Assembly: GCA_965240325.2 (NCBI GenBank)
Contig: OZ251224.1
Coordinates: forward strand, 806,001 to 870,000
Direction of reading: 5' to 3'
Length of the DNA: 64,000 nt
Source: Rebecca billardiae RCC1528
Taxonomy: Eukaryota > Protista > Haptophyta
Shown here: positions 57,162-64,000 of the stretch, one piece after another
Layout of the letters: each line of letters begins with the position of its first letter
How positions within the stretch are numbered: position 1 is the first letter of the stretch
The notes under the pieces: model-generated
What the model saw: only the letters and a program-made list of their open reading frames with translations
Told to the model about the DNA's origin: nothing
Databases searched by the model: none
Made by a program: the position numbers and the translations under genes

Positions 57162-60100
57162 ATGCTCTCGCTCCTCCTCGCGCTCGCCGTCGCGGCGGGC
57201 AAGGACAACCTCAACGGCCAGGCCGAGGTGACCGAGTACATCGTGAGCTTTGGCAAGGGCAAGCCCGGCGGCGGCTCGTCGACGGCCGTCGCCACCGCTC
57301 TGAGCGCGCTGCCCGCCGGCTCTGCGAGCGTCAAGCACGAGTTCTCGAACGTGATCGAGGGCTTCAGCGGCACGCTCACCAAGGAGGCCAAGGCGATGCT
57401 CGAGAAGATGGGCGCGACGATCGAGGAGGACCTGCCCGTGTACGCCCTCGCCAACGACGACCAGGACGAGCGGCAGCAGGGCAAGGGCAAGTACAGCGTC
57501 GGCATCCTCGAGGCGCTGCCGTGGGGCCTCGACCGCATCGACCAGACCAACCTGCCGCTCGACGGCTCGTTCGAGACGCCCGGCCTGGGCGAGGACGCGC
57601 ACGTCTTTGTGGTGGATACGGGTATCAACCTGGGCCACAACGAGTGGACTGGTCGCATCGGCGACGGCTACGACTTCATCGACAACGACGACGACCCGAC
57701 GGACTGCGGCGGTGGGTTGCGCTCGAGCTGCACGCGCATGCACGCTCGCGCCCGCACCGCGGCGGCACGCACTGACCATCCCCGCCTCCCGCGTGCCCTA
57801 CCCGCGCGCGAACGCAGGCCACGGCACGCACTGCGCGGGCACCGTGCTCGGCACGCACTACGGTGTGGCGAAGGGCGCGACGCTGCACGGCGTGCGCGTG
57901 CTCGGCTGCTCCGGCTCCGGCTCGACCTCGGGAATCATCGCCGCGCTCGAGTGGGTGGCGGAGCGCGAGGAGTCCATCAAGATCGTGTCGATGTCGCTCG
58001 GCGGCGGCTTCTCCAGCACCTTCAACGACGCCGTCAACAACCTCGTCAACGCGGGCGTGACCACCGTCGTCGCGGCGGGCAACGACAACGACGACGCATG
58101 CACCACGAGCCCGGCGTCCGCGCCGCTGGCGATCACCGTCGGCTCGACGACGAGCAGCGACGCGCGCTCCGGCTTCTCGAACTACGGCAGCTGCGTGGAC
58201 ATCTACGCGCCAGGCAGCAGCATCCTCAGCGCGTGGATCGGCGGCCCCGACGCGACCAACACCATCTCGGGCACCTCTATGGCTTGTCCGCACGTGGCCG
58301 GCGTCGTCGCGCAGTGGGCGAGTGCGCTCGGGGCCTCCGCGACGCCGGCGCAGCTGCTCAGCTTCATCCTCGCCGAAGCCGTTCCCGACATCGTCACGGG
58401 GGTGCCCGCGCCGGAGGAGCCAAAGCTGCTCCAGGCGTACACGATGGCGCCGCCAAGCCCGCCGCCCGCGCCGCCTTCGCCGCCGCCCTCGCCACCGCCG
58501 CCCTCGCTGCCACCCTCGCCGCCCTCGCCTCCGAGCCCCCCACCGCTGCCGCCCTCGCCGCCGAGCCCGCCGCCGAGCCCGGCGTGCATCAGCGGCCACA
58601 TCCGCTGCGGCACGCCGCGTACTGGCACGACGGCCGGCGCTCCAAACAACTGGGGCAACCCGTCGGGCGAGGTCTTCTTCGGGATCGACGGCTGGGGCTC
58701 GGCGCTGCGCCTCGACACGTGCGGCTCGAGCTACGACACGTACCTGCGCGTGTACGACAAGTGCCCCGACGAGGGCGGCGTGCAGCTCGCGGCGAACGAC
58801 GACGGCAGCTGCGGGTTCGCCTCGCTCATCACGCTCGACGTGCCGCTCGACAGCGGGTACGTGGTGATGGTCGAGGGCTACTCGAGCAGCGAGGGCGCGT
58901 ACACGCTCGCGATGACGGGCTGCGACAACCCGAGCCTGCCGCTGCCGCCGTCTCTGCCGCCGAACCCGCCGACGTCGCTTACGTCGCCGCCGGCCCCTCC
59001 GCCAAGCCCGCCGCCACCGTCGCCGCCCTCGCCACCGCCTGCTCCGCCGCGCCCGCCGTGCACCGTCGGCACGATCACGTGCGCAGCTCCCGCCACCGGC
59101 TCGACCGCCGGCGCGCCGAACAACTGGGGCAACCCGTCGGGCGAGCACCTGTACGCGATCAGCGGGCACGGCACGCTGCGCCTCGACACGTGCGGCTCGA
59201 GCTACGACACGTACCTGCGCGTGTACGACAAGTGCCCCGACGAGGGCGGCGTGCAGCTCGCGGCGAACGACGACGGCAGCTGCGGTCTCGCCTCGCTCAT
59301 CACGCTCGACGTGCCGCTCGACAGCGGGTACGTGGTGATGGTCGAGGGCTACTCGAGCAGCGAGGGCGCGTACACGCTTGCGATGACGGGCTGCGAGGTG
59401 CCGAGCCCGTCGCCCTCGCCGGGCCCCCTGCCGACACCCCCGCCGACACCCCCGCCGAGCCCCTCGCCGACGCCCTCGCCGATGCCCTCGCCCAGCCCCC
59501 CGCCCAGCCCGCCACCGCCCTCCTCGCCTCCGCCACTTTCGCCCTCGCCGCCCCCCTCACCACCGCCGCCGCCGCCCGAGCCGTGCGCCGTTGGCCGGCT
59601 CACGTGCGCCACGCCCGCCATCGGCTCCACAATCGGCCTGCCCAGTGTCTGGGGCGCGCCGAGCGGCGACGCGCTGTACCGGCTGTCGTTCGGCGAGGCC
59701 GGCGGCACGGCGAGGCTCACGGCCTGTGGCAGCGACTTTGACACGGTCCTGCGCGTGCTCGACGGCTGCCCGGGCGCGCCTCACGGCGCCACGGAGCTCG
59801 CGGTCAACGACGACAGCGGCGAGTGCGGCGACGCTTCCGCGCTCACGGTCGACGTGCCGCCCGGCGGCTCTGTGATTGTGCTGGTGGAGGGCTTCGTGAC
59901 GAAGGAGGGGCAGTACAAGCTGACGGTGGAGGGCTGCCCCGATGAGGACGAGGGCAGGATCGCGCCGCCCTCGCCGCCGCCCTCGCCCTCGCCACCGCCC
60001 GCGCCGTGTGTCCCTGCGGGCGCGCTGCCGCTCAGCTGCGGCACGACTGTGCGCGGCGACACACGCGACGGCTCTGGGGACGCCAACTTTGGCAACCCGG

Positions 60101-60863
60101 CGCGCGAGCACTACTACACGATCAGCGCGCCCACCGCGACGACCGTCACCCTCGACACGTGCGGCTCCGAGTACGACACCTTCCTCCGCGTGTACGACGG
60201 CTGCCCGCGCGACGCGGACGCGCAGATCGGCAGCGACGACGACAGCGGCTGCGGCGTGATGGCGCGGCTCTCGCTCGAGCTCGAGGGCGGCGTGGAGTAC
60301 CTGGTGCTGCTCGAGGGCTTCGGGGCGAACCAGGGGCCGTACTCGCTCGAGATGAGCTGCGACGGCGGCGGCGAGTCATCCGTGCCCGACGATAACGGCG
60401 GCGGCGACGAGCTGCCGGGTGTCGAGCCCCCCACCGACGCGGCGCGCATCCACTGCTCACTCGGGCTCGAGGCTGACCTCGCAGACTGGGCTGACGGCGC
60501 GGCGGGTGCAGCAGACAAGCGCGCGGCGCTCGGCGCTTCGATCGCGCAGGTGGCCGAGGTCCCGACGTCGGACGTCCTCATCACGAGCGTGGTCGGCGGG
60601 AGCGTCACTGTCCACTTCGAGGTGGTGCGCGCGGACGAGGACGAGCAGATCGACAAGGTGATCGAGAACTTGGAGACACGCGCCGCCCAGCTCGCGGCGA
60701 GCGTCGAGGCGAGCACGGGCTCAAGCGTGACCTCCGGCGTGGTCGTGCAGGAGGTGGTCCACCCGCTCCAGCCGACGCCGACGCCGACGCCGGCCAGCGG
60801 TGACGAGGCGGTGGGCGTTGTTGTCGACGGTGTCAAGGCGAATGACGACGGGGCCGGTGCGGA

Positions 60864-60906
<43 letters not shown>

Positions 60907-61434
60907 CTGGGTTCGCAGGCGCGCGTCGGCGGCGCGGCCGGAGCCGCCGACACGGCGACGGGCGGCGGCGTCGGCGGCTCGTCGCTCAGCCTCGCCGCGC
61001 TCATCGGCATTGTCACCGGCGCCGTCGGCGCGCTAGTGGTCGCGCTGTGCGCGTACGCCGGCTGGAAGCGCTGGAAGTACGACTCGAAGCTGACCCACTC
61101 CGCCCGCGCCGTGTCCTACCAGGCCGCCGGAGACCAGGCGCTGCCGACGGCGGACGAGTCGGCTCCGAGCGCGGCGAGGCCTGCCGCTGAGTTCCAAGAG
61201 TTCCATGCCGTCGCGCTCAACGCAGCGCCCCAGCCGTCGACGAGCGCCGCGGGGCTGTGGACGACGGTCGTGGCTACTGCTTCGTCCTGGTTCTCCCCAA
61301 GCTCGAGCCAGACGGCAGCACCGGCACGCGAGAGCGTGGCGGACGTCGACGAGCTTGGCCCTCCGCGTCGTGCGTCGCGCACGATGGCGGCGCGCCCGCC
61401 GGCCCCTGGCGCCGGCTCGGCAAACATGGCCTAA
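57162..61434 (+). CDS. Membrane-anchored subtilisin, copy 3; intron 57712-57817
   Basis: Same structure as copy 1; reading frame and catalytic triad intact. Confidence 0.93.
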
Positions 61435-61945
61435 GGCGAGCATGCCCACGACTGCTGCACCTGCATGGTGCCACCGATCGGCACGCTGCTGCGCCGCTCG
61501 ACCGCGCGCATGCGACGCGCTGCTTTGGGGCCTTTGTTTGACGACGTCGTCCTCGTGACGACGGCGTCCTCCTCGTCTCACAACGACGACAACTTTATGT
61601 CGTCGCGTCAACTTCGCGGCAGCATCGCGGTCCCGGATGCGTTGGGGCTTGGGCGTATCCCGCCTGTCGCCAACCGGTACGGCACGCACCCACTTCGTCT
61701 ACTGTCGTGTGCGCCTCGTTATTATATACTGAGCTATAGTCAATGCTGATCGGTCGTCGTGCAGCACGTAGCCACGGTCTCTGCTACTGCCAATCTGACG
61801 ATTAGTAGCGGCGGTGACGGGTGAGGTCTGGTGAGTGGTGACGGCGTCGCCGTCGGCAGTAGGCGTAGCCTATACGAACTGCATTAGCTCGGCATAGTAG
61901 TTATAGCTATATAGCTAGCTATTATATAGCTTATAAATGTGTGTG

Positions 61946-62003
<58 letters not shown>

Positions 62004-62697
62004 TAGCCGTCCTCGGAGCGCCTGCGCCATCCAGATGCAGTGAGGAGGCGAGGCACACGCCGGGCAGGGCGGAGCCACGCGGCGAGAGACCAGACTCTAT
62101 ACATTGTATGGGATTTTTGTTCCTCGAAACAAAGTGCGAGCGGCAGCCAGCGCTCGGGCCGAGCGCGCGGCAGGACTGGCCGCTCAACGCCGACAGACGC
62201 GCGGTGTGAGATGGAGCAGCTTGGACGACGCAGCTCGAGAGCCGCCAAGCCGCACGACAGCGAGGCACGAAGGACATCGCGCGCAGGGCGCCTCGAAGCT
62301 GCGGGCCGCCGGAAACAGCTGCAGCCATCAGGACAGTGGGCGCTTCCGACGGGTGCTCGCTGCGAGTGAGCGGGAGGCATGCAGGCGACGGTAACGGTTG
62401 GCTCGGCGCCTGATGAAAACCCATTCACGAATTGGCCGTCCTGACCGCCATGCCAACCATGCCTAGTTAGCCTATGGCCCAGGAGCAGCGCAGTGAGTAG
62501 GTCGTTCTAGGCCGCCGTGCGTGCACACAGAGCACGGGCTCGAAAGTCCCTTGTGGCACGAGAAGAGGGTAGTGGCCAAGATGGCAGCCGGACTTGAGCT
62601 CGGCCGCCTGGCTCAGGGTGAATGGCAGGCAGGTGTTGATACGGCGCATTGCGCTCCCACCGTCCTCTTAGACAATCAGTTATTGTGCCAATAACCC

Positions 62698-62733
<36 letters not shown>

Positions 62734-64000
62734 CATATACATATATATATGTATATGTATATGATGCGCATGATGCGCATTGATTAATGCATAGCTAATA
62801 GATGCTGTACATGCATGACTGCTGACGATCATCGTCGTCTCGACGACGTCGATCGATCTGCTTCGAAAAATAAATAATCGAAAATGCTCGCGGCAAGGGC
62901 GTTCCCGGGATCCTGCCACACGCTCCCGGGAAAGCAATGCCCCCCCCTGGGGGGGGCATTGCTACCGGACTGGCGCGGGCCGTAATCTTAAAATGTACCT
63001 GCTTGAAATAGAGGAAGCCTATTTCAATGGGAACGCGGTTCGATTTGGCGCATGACCAATGCGGGGAACGCCCCTGATGGCGGGCCGTAGGTCCGCCCCT
63101 CGGTAGTGCCCGGGGAAAAGATCAGAAAAAGAAAAGAATAAATAAAATCGCCTCGCAAAGAAAAGAAAATCGTCTTGCTCACTACCGGGCGCCCTGTAGC
63201 TCCCACTGGGGACGCTCGGCCGAAAAAGGGGTCGGCCATGGCGCGGAGCGCATGGGCGGCGCGCGCCAAATCCAACATCGTGAGAGGACTCCCGAGGGGG
63301 TTTTCGCCCGATTCGCGATTGCTGCCCTCGTCGTCTCGCGTGCAGGTCGAACGAGGGCCAAAGTCGACGCGTTTGGAGGTACGCTCGGCGCGTCGACACG
63401 ATCGTGCGACCTGGGGCGGTCCTCGCCCGACTTGCACGTCGAGCGCTCGCACCAGCCATATCATCAAGCGCTGCGCACGATGGCCGCCTCGCGCGATGCA
63501 CCGCCGCGCGTCGGGCTCGGTGCGGAAAGGCCCTCATCAGGGCGGGAAGCGCCATCGCGCGCGAGGCAAGATTTGGCGCGGCCTTCTGAACACGATCGCC
63601 GGAAATCCGCGCGCACCGGACTCAGTCCTCGCTCGCGGTCCGGTCCCTCAGCCGACAAGCCCACGTCCGGCCTGCATGGCGTCGACGGTGACCAATGCGA
63701 CGGAAGCGCAACGCCAACGGCGTACGACGCGCAGCGGACGCACCTCCCGGGTCTGTCGCCGTGGCAGCAACCGTGTCTTCGCGAGTTGGCGACCCTCGTC
63801 GCAGCGCGACACAGACAAGCCCGTGATGATGCCATCCGCAGAGAGATGAAACGTCGAGCATGCAAAATCGCCGCGCCATCCTCGTCCATGGCGCAGGCGC
63901 TGCGGGACGAGGCGGAAGTCGTCACGCCGGTGACGGATGCGCTGCGATTCGTGTGCCCGCGTGAGCAGCGCTTGCCCACTCTCGATCGCGAGTGGCACAC

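Overview
GC-rich, intron-containing eukaryotic nuclear DNA. The style suggests an alga, possibly a haptophyte, but this is inference only. The left half (1-34.5 kb) is a compact gene block: anoctamin, an F-box/RCC1 protein, a large RCC1-Pro-LRR-SEA-TM surface protein, a sulfotransferase-like/class IV aminotransferase fusion, APC2, a putative glycosyltransferase, a GH18-like protein, citrate synthase, an AIM32/Apd1-like ferredoxin, SKP1 and a double-SET protein. Many are head-to-head pairs, separated by microsatellite-rich spacers. The right half (34.4-64 kb) is a recent head-to-tail array of an ~8.68 kb unit, each unit carrying a membrane-anchored subtilisin; three intact gene copies are present and the array runs off the window. 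Unit 2 alone carries a 4,896 bp insertion (48346-53241). Comparison with the two empty sites shows Helitron-like signatures: an A|T target, no TSD, 5'-TC, and a 12 bp hairpin 12 nt from a non-canonical ATGG 3' end. It has no recognisable coding capacity and is built from nested tandem repeats. A dispersed non-coding repeat family, a second Helitron-like double-hairpin end and a ~280 bp foldback are also visible. No database searches were run; all family calls rest on motif recognition.
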